This document shows, in pieces, positions 29,736 to 37,730 of a DNA stretch of 64,000 nucleotides. This DNA is from an uncultured Clostridia bacterium (GTDB taxonomy: Bacteria; Bacillota; Clostridia; Christensenellales; DTU072). Location: contig CALVTP010000005.1 in assembly GCA_944362765.1 (NCBI GenBank), positions 3,649-67,648 of the forward strand. Reading direction: 5' to 3'. Positions within the stretch are counted from its first letter, which is position 1. Each line of letters opens with the position of its first letter. The position numbers and the translations under genes were made by a program. The notes under the pieces were generated by a model, which saw only the letters and a program-made list of their open reading frames with translations, was not told the origin of the DNA and ran no database searches.

Positions 29736-30182
29736 CTAAAACTCCTTTATCATCTGAGAATACCCGAGCGGGGCATAGCCGAGTTTTGAGTAAAGCGCTG
29801 CGGCGCGTGTGTTCGCGTCGGAGACTTCGAGCCTCAGCCTTTTAACTCCCGCTTTAACAGCCTTCTTTTCGATGAAATCAAAGTATAGATGCCCAAAACC
29901 CATAGAACGGTACTCCGGATATAGAAAAAGCTCCTCAAGCCACCACACTGTTCCGCCCGCCTCGCGGGAGTAGGTTTTGGATATCAGTGCGTAACCCGCG
30001 GCTACTCCGTCGGCTTCAAGAATAAATCCTTCCTGGTATCTGTCCGAGCGCATCAGTTCTTCGAATGCCGATTCGTGGTAATCGGCGGGGATGCCGTGGC
30101 TGACCGCTTCGGACGAATAAAACGTCGTCGAAGCCGCAATAAAAAAGTCGTGGTCGGATTTTAAAATTTTCCTGATTTTCAT
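29736..30182 (-). CDS. GNAT family N-acetyltransferase (148 aa)
   Basis: YRSMGFGHLYFDF (R-x-x-G-x-G) and LEVSDANTRAAALYSKLGY. ATGA overlap with the upstream membrane-protein gene. Confidence 0.85.
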   Translation of the reverse strand: MKIRKILKSDHDFFIAASTTFYSSEAVSHGIPADYHESAFEELMRSDRYQEGFILEADGVAAGYALISKTYSREAGGTVWWLEELFLYPEYRSMGFGHLYFDFIEKKAVKAGVKRLRLEVSDANTRAAALYSKLGYAPLGYSQMIKEF

Positions 30183-31330
30183 TTGTTCTCTCCGGTGTTG
30201 TTTGCAGCCGAATCGCTGTTTTTAGAGGCGATATCGCAGCGCTTATTGAAATATGGCTTGTCAAGGTCGCGTAGGGCGTCAAGCTCGTCGGAATCGTATT
30301 CCTCCTCCTCTTCCTCTTCTTCCTTTCCCGGCAGCAGCGGGAAGGGTTCCGGATTCGGTTCCGCCATGACGTTTTCGAGGGCGTTCGCCTTTTTAATGCT
30401 TCGGATACCGATGACAATCATTGCTACCCCGGCGGCAATCGTCAGCGCACTGAAAAGAGCGCCGAAGGCGGCTATCGAGTCGGCAAGCTGCTGCCCATGC
30501 AGATTAGCTCTCAAAATGGTGACGTTCAACAACATCAAAGACATCATCGCGGACACCAGTCCTATATTTCGTATAGAAACGGCGACAAAACTCTTTTTTC
30601 TCGTCGAGCGCACGAATTGTATGACGGCGGAGCTCATCTTGATGACGGCGGGAATAAGGTTTATGACAAGCTCGAAAACAGAGCCGTCCCCCGCGGGATA
30701 GGTGCCGATTGCCGCTTGTACGACGGGCGCGACGATGACCCCGCCGAGAGCCACCAAAACTCCGCCTGTGATTGCGAAGATTATCTTGGAAATTTTGGAA
30801 GGGAGGTAGCCGTAGCGCTTGACCACCATTCGTCCCGCCAGCACTATCCCGCCTCGCATCAGTACCAAGGCGGCGTAGAAGCCCACCAAAGAGGCATACC
30901 ACGTCGATTGGTAGTACGAGGCAAGCGAAACGAGATAGAAAGTGTAAAAGACATTCCACACCAGCGTTATAAATGTGGTGACAAGCGTTCTTATCGTGTA
31001 GTCGCTGATGATTTTTCCGATGAATTTATGGTTTTTGAGGCGTTCGAAGAACTCTCCCGAAAAAAGTTTTTCCTTTGCCGCCTTGTGGAGCTGCTTTTTG
31101 AAGATCAGGTAGCCCGCAAGCAGCAATACGGATAGTCCTATTGCCATGCCGTAAATGACCCATGCGGTCGGATTGTTCTGACGGCTCGTTAAGAGCGCCA
31201 ATGCCGCCGCGTCAAACGCCATTGTTATCGCCGAAGCGGTGGCGAACGTGATTAATTTTGCGGTGCGACTGACCTTTATGACGATTTTCACTATAAAGAT
31301 TATTATACCATATAACGCATTATAAATCAA
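30179..31330 (-). CDS. Polytopic membrane protein with an acidic poly-Glu C-terminal tail, unknown family
   Basis: Multiple hydrophobic segments. Tail GKEEEEEEEEYDSDELDALRDLDK. The start is uncertain: TTG 31330 or GTG 31291, and neither has an SD. Confidence 0.8.
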   Translation of the reverse strand: MIYNALYGIIIFIVKIVIKVSRTAKLITFATASAITMAFDAAALALLTSRQNNPTAWVIYGMAIGLSVLLLAGYLIFKKQLHKAAKEKLFSGEFFERLKNHKFIGKIISDYTIRTLVTTFITLVWNVFYTFYLVSLASYYQSTWYASLVGFYAALVLMRGGIVLAGRMVVKRYGYLPSKISKIIFAITGGVLVALGGVIVAPVVQAAIGTYPAGDGSVFELVINLIPAVIKMSSAVIQFVRSTRKKSFVAVSIRNIGLVSAMMSLMLLNVTILRANLHGQQLADSIAAFGALFSALTIAAGVAMIVIGIRSIKKANALENVMAEPNPEPFPLLPGKEEEEEEEEYDSDELDALRDLDKPYFNKRCDIASKNSDSAANNTGENK

Positions 31331-31353
31331 GTAAGACTTTACGGGAAAATTTA

Positions 31354-31390
31354 CGACAAAAACGGAATAATATGGGGAAAATCCGACAAA
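31354..31390 (+). repeat. CGACAAA box pair, 30-bp spacing
   Basis: CGACAAA at 31354-31360 and 31384-31390, in AT-rich intergenic DNA. Confidence 0.8.
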
Positions 31391-31411
31391 TTATATAAAA
31401 ATAATCCTCCG

Positions 31412-31892
31412 TTAGCGACGGAAGACGCCGCGTTTTCTCAGCGTCGCTTCGGTGATGATTATACCCGCGTACATCAACACCAGCATGGCGTAAAAACCGG
31501 CAAGCGAGCCGTACCAGTCGGAGGAGTATCTTACCGACATAAATATAAGATAGCAGGTGTAAAAGATATTCCACGCGCCGACAAGCGCCGACATCAGCGC
31601 CGTGCGTGCGCTGTAATTTCCGGTAATCAATGCAAAAAAGGGGCTTTCGTTGAGCTTTTTGACGGGGCGGAAGGAAGTAGAAAGGAGGACGGTTTTCAGC
31701 TCCTTTTTAAAAAGCAAAAACAGCGTCAGCCACACCGCCGAAAAGAGGATGGCTCCGCCATAAATTATCCACGCCCATATGTCATGCCAAAGTCTTGAAA
31801 GGAAAATTACCTTGCGACACGTCGAAGACGACGGCAAACGCCGTCAATATCCCGAAAGAAATCAGCAATGCGCCGGTACGGACTCTCCTCAT
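31412..31892 (-). pseudogene. Frameshifted, C-terminally truncated paralogue of the 30179..31330 membrane protein
   Basis: ORF 31412..31837 aligns to the neighbour: WAWIIYGGAI/TAWVIYGMAI, LLFKKEL/LIFKKQL, WNIFYTCYL/WNVFYTFYL, DWYGSLAGFYAMLVLM/TWYASLVGFYAALVLM. It stops after about 140 aa. The missing N-terminus (MRRVRTGALLISFGILTAFAVVFD) lies in another frame at 31782..31892. Confidence 0.55.
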
Positions 31893-31928
31893 GAAAAAAG
31901 TTTACCATATATTAACTTGCAAATCAAC

Positions 31929-31965
31929 CGACAAAACCTGTGTCCGTTCTGTTGAAGACGACAAG
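31929..31965 (+). repeat. CGACAAA / CGACAAG box pair, 30-bp spacing, overlapping the GH promoter
   Basis: Boxes at 31929-31935 and 31959-31965. The second lies in the promoter spacer. Confidence 0.75.
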
Positions 31966-31981
31966 CCCGCTGTGGTACAAT
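31952..31981 (+). promoter_or_regulatory. Candidate promoter of the GH gene
   Basis: TTGAAG (31952-31957), 18-nt spacer, TGgTACAAT (hexamer 31976-31981). Predicts a leader of about 10 nt starting at the SD. Confidence 0.45.
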
Positions 31982-31997
31982 CTATAAGAGGTGAAGC

Positions 31998-33806
31998 ATG
32001 AAATTTTTATTCGAATGCAATAATAATTCGGACGGCATGAACCGCAAAAACGGCTTTTCCCTAAGCCTCCGCTCCGAAAAAACGAACAGAACATACCAGC
32101 TGAATTCTCCGCGTTTAGGTATCCGTTTCAGGAAAAAAGGAAGCCCGATATCCCATTATCTCTCTTCCGAAAAGATGATCTGCGAAACCGGTAACGGTGT
32201 CGCGACGTTTGTCGGGAAAGAGGCCGGAGTAGTAGTCGGAATAAAGCTTAACTTTTCGGACGCTCGCTTTCCCTCAATTGACTACGACGTCGAAATTTCC
32301 CCGGGAGTAGTCATCGAATATCTCGAATATCTCTCCTTCGACGCCCCGGAGGGGACGAAGTGCGCTCCCGTTTTCAAACGTGCGCTGATTTCAAGGCATA
32401 TTGCAAGACTGGGGCAACCCGTTATTGCGGGCGACCTTTTCGCGGGTATCGCAAGTCCCGTCGGCGACAACGGCGCAGAGGGGGGACGGGCGTATTTCAG
32501 GTACCACTTGGGTCGGAGTGCGGAGGAGCTCCCGGACGGTTACCGTCTCCCCTCGCTTGTTTTCGGATGCGCCGAAGGAAAGAGCATAGAGGAGTGTTTT
32601 TTCGATTACGTCGCCACTTTTTCGACTCCGAAACAATGCTTTCAGTTCAACTCCTGGTACGACAATATGTTGGACATTACCCCCGAAAAGCTCGAAAACT
32701 CCTTCCGCGAGATGCATCAAAATCTGGTGGCGGCGGGGTTTGACGGCTTGTCAAGGTACGTGGCGGACGACGGCTGGACGGAGTACTTAAAGCCGGAATT
32801 TTGGGAATTCAACAAAAAATTTCCGCGCGGGTTCGAGGAAGTTTCGGCGCTCACAAAGGAGCTCCGCGGTTCTTTCGGAGTGTGGTTCGGTCCGCGCGGC
32901 GGCTATACAACGGACACCCCGAAATATGCAAAAAATCTCCAAAAAATCGGCTATCACCGCAACCCGCTTTCCAACGATGTCTGTACCGCCGACAAAAAGT
33001 ACATTGCCGACCTTGTGAAAAAAATGTCGGAATTCGTCGAAAAATATGACGTGGATTACTTTAAAATCGACGGATTCGCCACCAGAATGTGTCCGATGAA
33101 GGGACACAGGCACCTTCCGGGGCGGGGGAAGGGGTACGCCTTTTACACCGAGTATTGGGAAAATTGGATGCATGAGCTGAAAAGCCTGAAGCAAAAGTAC
33201 CCGGAGCTAATCCTTAATATCACTTCTTACGCTCATCTTTCGCCGTGGTTTTTGGCGGTGGCGGATTATGTCTGGATGAACAACGCTTCCGACATCGGAT
33301 TTTCGGGGAAGGGGACGAGCCTCGACCGGATGCTGACCTACCGTGACGGCAGATATTACGAGCTGTTTTATAAGCGCGGCTATCTCTTCCCCGCTGCGAA
33401 CATCTATAACCACGAACCCTGTTACGCGTTGGAAAACTACGACCCCGCCGACAAGGAAACCCCCGTTTCCTTTACCGACGAAGAATTCAGGCGCTACTTA
33501 AAAGCCGCGCTGATGCGCGGTTCGGGGTTGGTCGAACTCTACTTTTCTCCCGCCATGATGGACGGCAAAAAATGGGAAATAACCGCAAAACTTTTAAATT
33601 GGGCGAAGGAGAATTTTAAAGAGCTTGCCCGTTCCCGGATTATCGGCGGCGACCCCGAAAAAGAGGAGCCGTACGGCTACTTTACTCCGGGCGGCATATT
33701 TATGCTGAGAAATCCGTCGGATAGCGAAAAGGGGTATTCTTTCTGGGCTTTCGGGAAGGAGTATTCGGGCACGCTTAAACCGTTTGAAATTGTGTTTTCG
33801 GAGTAA
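31998..33806 (+). CDS. Putative glycoside hydrolase, clan GH-D (alpha-galactosidase-like) TIM barrel
   Basis: SD AGAGGTG. FNSWYDN, YVADDGW and YFKIDGFA resemble GH27/GH36-type motifs. The exact family was not determined. Confidence 0.8.
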   Translation: MKFLFECNNNSDGMNRKNGFSLSLRSEKTNRTYQLNSPRLGIRFRKKGSPISHYLSSEKMICETGNGVATFVGKEAGVVVGIKLNFSDARFPSIDYDVEISPGVVIEYLEYLSFDAPEGTKCAPVFKRALISRHIARLGQPVIAGDLFAGIASPVGDNGAEGGRAYFRYHLGRSAEELPDGYRLPSLVFGCAEGKSIEECFFDYVATFSTPKQCFQFNSWYDNMLDITPEKLENSFREMHQNLVAAGFDGLSRYVADDGWTEYLKPEFWEFNKKFPRGFEEVSALTKELRGSFGVWFGPRGGYTTDTPKYAKNLQKIGYHRNPLSNDVCTADKKYIADLVKKMSEFVEKYDVDYFKIDGFATRMCPMKGHRHLPGRGKGYAFYTEYWENWMHELKSLKQKYPELILNITSYAHLSPWFLAVADYVWMNNASDIGFSGKGTSLDRMLTYRDGRYYELFYKRGYLFPAANIYNHEPCYALENYDPADKETPVSFTDEEFRRYLKAALMRGSGLVELYFSPAMMDGKKWEITAKLLNWAKENFKELARSRIIGGDPEKEEPYGYFTPGGIFMLRNPSDSEKGYSFWAFGKEYSGTLKPFEIVFSE

Positions 33807-33934
33807 AATCCGCTGGAATCATCCGAAAATGCCGGAAAACAAGCGCCATATAACGACGAAATCCGACAAAAACCGGGCGAACAATGGCTGAAACCGACAG
33901 AAAAAGTACAAAAACGATAAAAACCGACAAAAAA
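33805..33934 (+). repeat. Phased A-tract array with embedded CGACAAA-type boxes
   Basis: A3-A6 runs start at 33805, 33826, 33836, 33859, 33868, 33891, 33901, 33910, 33919 and 33929, giving spacings of 9-10 or 21-23 bp. Boxes at 33854 (CGACGAA), 33864 (CGACAAA), 33895 (CGACAGA), 33915 (CGATAAA) and 33925 (CGACAAA). Confidence 0.8.
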
Positions 33935-33959
33935 CGGCTGCCGTAAGACAACCGTTTTT
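33932..33959. terminator. Bidirectional terminator between the convergent GH and isf-like genes
   Basis: AAAAAACGGcTG-ccgtaaga-CAaCCGTTTTT. Confidence 0.65.
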
Positions 33960-34050
33960 ATTTCGCGTAAAGCAGGGGATATTTTCCGTCGGAATTGCAT
34001 TGTGCCGACTCAAAGAGCATTAATAGCGGTAATAGAAGAAAATCCCTCGT

Positions 34051-34668
34051 TTATCTGACAAAGTTAGTAGTGATTTTTTCGTTGTCCGGGGCGGCGATTC
34101 CCGCGGCTTTTCCCGCCTCTATGCACTTCAACAGCCAAGCCATGTTCTTCCCGATGTTTTTCATCGTCATCAGCCCTTCGGCGTCCTCTTCCACCTCCTT
34201 TGGCGAGTTCCCGAAGACGTGGTTCCAATAGTTCGACGACACGATCGGCATCGAACAAATCGAAAAGTGTTTGTTGACGACGTCCATCGAACAGACGCTC
34301 CCCGCACGTCTCGCACTGAAAACGCAGGCGGCGGGTTTGAAGCGGAAAGCGGCGCCCGCGGAATAGAAGACTCTGTCCATAAACGACATCAGCCGTCCCG
34401 AGGGGTGGGCGTAGTAGACGGGAGAGCCGAACACGAAGCCGTCGGCGTCTTTTGCAAGCGCTGCGAACTCGTTTACTTTATCGTCAAATACGCACTTTCC
34501 CGTCTTTCTGCAGCTCAAACACGCCAGGCAATCGGCTATCGGCTCGGTGCCGATAAAGAAGTTTTCCGTTTCTATGCCTTCTGCATTCAGCGCACGCTCG
34601 ACCTCGAGAAGCGCTCGTTTCGTCGATCCTTCTTTTCTGGAGCTTCCGTTCACTAAAATTACTTTCAT
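34051..34668 (-). CDS. Iron-sulfur flavoprotein (Isf)-like NAD(P)H-dependent FMN reductase / flavodoxin-fold protein
   Basis: MKVILVNGSSRKEGST N-terminus. Compact Cys motif CLACLSCRKTGKC (C-x2-C-x2-C-x5-C). SD AAGGAG. Confidence 0.88.
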   Translation of the reverse strand: MKVILVNGSSRKEGSTKRALLEVERALNAEGIETENFFIGTEPIADCLACLSCRKTGKCVFDDKVNEFAALAKDADGFVFGSPVYYAHPSGRLMSFMDRVFYSAGAAFRFKPAACVFSARRAGSVCSMDVVNKHFSICSMPIVSSNYWNHVFGNSPKEVEEDAEGLMTMKNIGKNMAWLLKCIEAGKAAGIAAPDNEKITTNFVR

Positions 34669-34690
34669 AGTATCTCCTTTATAAGATATG

Positions 34691-34718
34691 GGTTACCGAA
34701 ATCAAGGTTTCGGTAACC
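34691..34718 (-). terminator. 11-bp-stem intercistronic hairpin between the GH30 and isf-like genes
   Basis: GGTTACCGAAA-tcaagg-TTTCGGTAACC is a perfect stem. The U-run is weak on the minus strand. Confidence 0.55.
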
Positions 34719-34728
34719 TGAATTTAAA

Positions 34729-36234
34729 TTAATCGAATACGAATGTCGTTATCGATTCGGCGGGGAGGGAGAGCTTATCGCTAGTTGAGCCGGACTCGAT
34801 AAGTTCCATATTGCGTTTTTGATCGGTGCGATAAACGAGGGCGTTTCTTCCCGCGAATTCTCCCGATTTCAGAACTCTTTCCACTCCCGTCGTGTTGGTG
34901 ATGACTACGACGGTTTTTCCTTCGGGAGTTTCAAACGCCGTGATAGGAAGGTAGTTTTCCCTTAGCTTTTCGAGGGGGGCGGCAAAGGAAGTGCCTGCCT
35001 CAAGCCTCACCGAACCCGGCTTCACAAAGTAGGAATAGTGCTTTAACGCAAAGTATCTTTTGGCGTAGTACAGCTCTCCCGTCTCCATATCGCCGTACAG
35101 CAGGGCGTCGGAATAGGTATCGACCATCGACGGGTCGTAGATATCCTCGTAAGCTTTCCAGGACTGCCAGCTGACTGCGTTTAAGTAGTTAAAATCGTCG
35201 GAAATAGTCTTTGCGGTAAGAATGGCGCCGCCTATATCGGTAGTGGGGTGGGTGCAGGGAAGTTCGCACCACTCGGTGAGGTGGATCTTTTTACCGGGGG
35301 CATATTGTTCGACGAGCTCCAAACCTCTCACCCTCGGGGAGATTTTGTAATCCAGGTGGTAGGAGTGCACCGACAGGTGGTCGATAGCCGCCATGACGTC
35401 GGGCTTAGCCTGAAGCGCCTTCAGATAGGGCTCGAAGTCGGCGACCTTGACGGAACCCGATTCGAACAGCGACATTCCGACGCCGTTTTCGGGGAGGGAG
35501 GAGTCGAGCATGCGATAGTACAGCACTTCCGCGAGCGTGGCGACGTCCTCGGGCTCGTAATGGCAGCCTTCCTGAGAGGCGCCTTCGCCGCCCCACGACC
35601 ATTGCGGTTCATTTATGGGGGAAATATAGGTGACGGGAATACCTTCCGAAAGGAAATGTTCGGCTATCGTGACGAGGTAGTCGGCGTAGTCGTAGAAGGC
35701 GTCCTCTCTGAGGTTTAATTTATGCGTTTCGTTCTGCCCGGTGGCTGAACCCGAAACAGTCATCGAATAGTGGGGGGAGTTAGCGAACATTATCACCGAA
35801 TCGACGGTGTGTCCCGGTCGCAGCGCCTCCAAAAGTACCTGATACGCCGTGTGGTCGCGCGAAAAGTCGTATTCGTATTCTCCCGTTTCGGGGTTGAAGT
35901 AATAAAACGACTGCGTAGCGCGGTTGGAGTCGACTCTGCCTTCGGGGTTATCGGCTTCGCCCGCTCCGACATTGTAGCGGTAGATATTAAGTCCCAAACC
36001 CTCTTCGGTGAACAGCGCGTTGATGACTCTCGTGCGGTATGCCGGGTCGGTAAGTCCCTGCGCCCACCATGCGCCGGTGACGCCGAAGCCTTCGATTGTC
36101 TGTGCGGACTCTCCGCTAAGCGTCAGCGTCGGCGCGGAGAGAGTGAAAATGAGGTAAACTGCGCCGGCAGCGATGCCGAGTATGACAACGATTATCAAGA
36201 CGGCGGCAACGATTTTTTTAATAACTTTACTCAT
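34729..36234 (-). CDS. Glycoside hydrolase family 30 (glucosylceramidase / beta-1,6-glucanase / xylanase family), N-terminal membrane anchor
   Basis: TM KKIVAAVLIIVVILGIAAGAVYLIF. GFGVTGAWWAQ, SPINEPQW (acid/base Glu) and LTEWCEL (nucleophile Glu). SD AAGGAGG. Confidence 0.9.
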   Translation of the reverse strand: MSKVIKKIVAAVLIIVVILGIAAGAVYLIFTLSAPTLTLSGESAQTIEGFGVTGAWWAQGLTDPAYRTRVINALFTEEGLGLNIYRYNVGAGEADNPEGRVDSNRATQSFYYFNPETGEYEYDFSRDHTAYQVLLEALRPGHTVDSVIMFANSPHYSMTVSGSATGQNETHKLNLREDAFYDYADYLVTIAEHFLSEGIPVTYISPINEPQWSWGGEGASQEGCHYEPEDVATLAEVLYYRMLDSSLPENGVGMSLFESGSVKVADFEPYLKALQAKPDVMAAIDHLSVHSYHLDYKISPRVRGLELVEQYAPGKKIHLTEWCELPCTHPTTDIGGAILTAKTISDDFNYLNAVSWQSWKAYEDIYDPSMVDTYSDALLYGDMETGELYYAKRYFALKHYSYFVKPGSVRLEAGTSFAAPLEKLRENYLPITAFETPEGKTVVVITNTTGVERVLKSGEFAGRNALVYRTDQKRNMELIESGSTSDKLSLPAESITTFVFD

Positions 36235-36252
36235 ACCGACCTCCTTATTTAT

Positions 36253-36281
36253 ATGATAACATACGCGCCGGGAGAATTCAA
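36253..36281 (-). promoter_or_regulatory. Promoter of the GH30 gene
   Basis: Minus strand: TTGAAT-tCTCCCGGCGcgtatgt-TATCAT, 17-nt spacer, TGt extended -10. Predicts a leader of about 12 nt starting at the SD. Confidence 0.55.
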
Positions 36282-36343
36282 TAACTTCACCCGAAATGAA
36301 GCGGCACGAGTAGTGCGGTAACGCGCCGAGCCCGGTGCGGAAA

Positions 36344-36376
36344 CAAAAAAAGTCCGCTGAGAACAGGGACTTTTTT
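36344..36376. terminator. Bidirectional terminator after the acyltransferase gene
   Basis: AAAAAAAGTCC-gctgagaacag-GGACTTTTTT. On the minus strand it is followed by a T7 run. Confidence 0.55.
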
Positions 36377-36402
36377 GAAATAGGGAAGGGCTTCCGGTAA
36401 GT

Positions 36403-37713
36403 TTACGCCTTCAGGTACTTTATGTTGTCGGCGATGAATTGCCTGACGTTTCGCATAAGGATGGAGAAGAACTTTTCAACCAGCAGTTTGTCCTCGCCGT
36501 TACCTCTTATCGCGATAGTCATCGTTATTTCGTTGTTCATCGTCGTCAGCGCCAGCTGCATATATGGCTTATACTTGACGGCGCCTGTCATGAAACCGTC
36601 CACGGGTGTGGCGTCGCCCATCGTAAGTTGGTCGGGACGCAGCAGCCCGATATTCGACATGCCGATGAGCGGGTTTAAGTAACCTATCTTGATGGCGGTT
36701 TCGCTGATGGCGTAGGGGAAGATGGTGTACGCAAGTTTTAAAAGCGGCAGGCTGTAAAGCCCCATGAACTTGTCGTGTTTGGATTTTCTGACGGAGCGCA
36801 GCACCTTTATCAGCGTGTCGTTCAGCGTCGCTCCGACGCCGTCGACGGAACATTGCATGAACCCGGTGTGGTTGGTGAGTCCGCCCGCCTCTTCGCCCCC
36901 TTCGATGTGCCGTCTCAGGTCGACCATACACGGTATCGTCAGAGTATCGGTGGCGGGATATTGACCGAATTCATAGAGGCTGTGCATATAAACGGTCAGC
37001 ATGAGGTCGTTTATCGTCACGCCGTAGTGCTTGCCGATGGCACGAAACAAAGAGAAAGTCTCGGCGTCCATCTTGCAGCGGTTTATCATCGATTTGTCCT
37101 CGGGAGAGGAGGGCGTCAACGGAAAATAGTGTTCGTCTTTGACCTGCGAGATGTTTTTGTAGAGTTTTTTCGCGGTCTCCTTGTCCTCGCCTTCCAGCTT
37201 CGTATAAACCTGGTCGTAGGAACGCGTGCCCGTCTTTATCTCGACGGCGGCGTCGCCTTTTACGGCGGCGCTGTAATTGGCGGAGAGGCGCTTTAAGAAA
37301 TATTTGAAGTCGCCGCCGTCAAAGCACATATGGTTGACTATCATCGCAAAAACGCTTCTTCCGCCCTCGTTAAAGACCGCGACTTTAAATTGCACGTTGC
37401 TTTCAACGGGAATGCATTGAGTGATGAACTCCTCAATATCGGCTTCCAGATGTTCCGAATCGGTATCCTTAACCGTCAGGATATCGTTTATCGAGTACTC
37501 CTCTATCTCCCAATAGGGGTTTATTACGGAGTCGTGGAACGACGAATGCAGCACGGGCACTTTTTCGGTGGTCGCGACAAGAACCGATTTCAGTATCCTG
37601 ATGTCCAAGGGCTTATCGTAGTACAGTACGGCGTGCACCATTCTGTCGTAGTAGTTGCGGAACAGATATTGCATCTTGTCCCAAAGCTCGGCGGTTATTC
37701 TCTGTTTTTTCAT
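36403..37713 (-). CDS. Stand-alone condensation/CAT-like HxxxD acyltransferase (436 aa)
   Basis: NHMCFDGGD matches the (H)HxxxDG catalytic motif. Start set at ATG 37713 (SD GGTGAGG) rather than ORF-track 37737. Confidence 0.85.
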   Translation of the reverse strand: MKKQRITAELWDKMQYLFRNYYDRMVHAVLYYDKPLDIRILKSVLVATTEKVPVLHSSFHDSVINPYWEIEEYSINDILTVKDTDSEHLEADIEEFITQCIPVESNVQFKVAVFNEGGRSVFAMIVNHMCFDGGDFKYFLKRLSANYSAAVKGDAAVEIKTGTRSYDQVYTKLEGEDKETAKKLYKNISQVKDEHYFPLTPSSPEDKSMINRCKMDAETFSLFRAIGKHYGVTINDLMLTVYMHSLYEFGQYPATDTLTIPCMVDLRRHIEGGEEAGGLTNHTGFMQCSVDGVGATLNDTLIKVLRSVRKSKHDKFMGLYSLPLLKLAYTIFPYAISETAIKIGYLNPLIGMSNIGLLRPDQLTMGDATPVDGFMTGAVKYKPYMQLALTTMNNEITMTIAIRGNGEDKLLVEKFFSILMRNVRQFIADNIKYLKA

Positions 37714-37730
37714 ATCCTCACCCTTTGCGG

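Noticed and set aside
33677-34013. ORFs 33677..34000 and 33819..34013 (minus) in the GH/Isf intergenic region
   Set aside because: They are translations of the phased A-tract array (Phe/Cys/Arg-rich) and cross a terminator. They are not coding.
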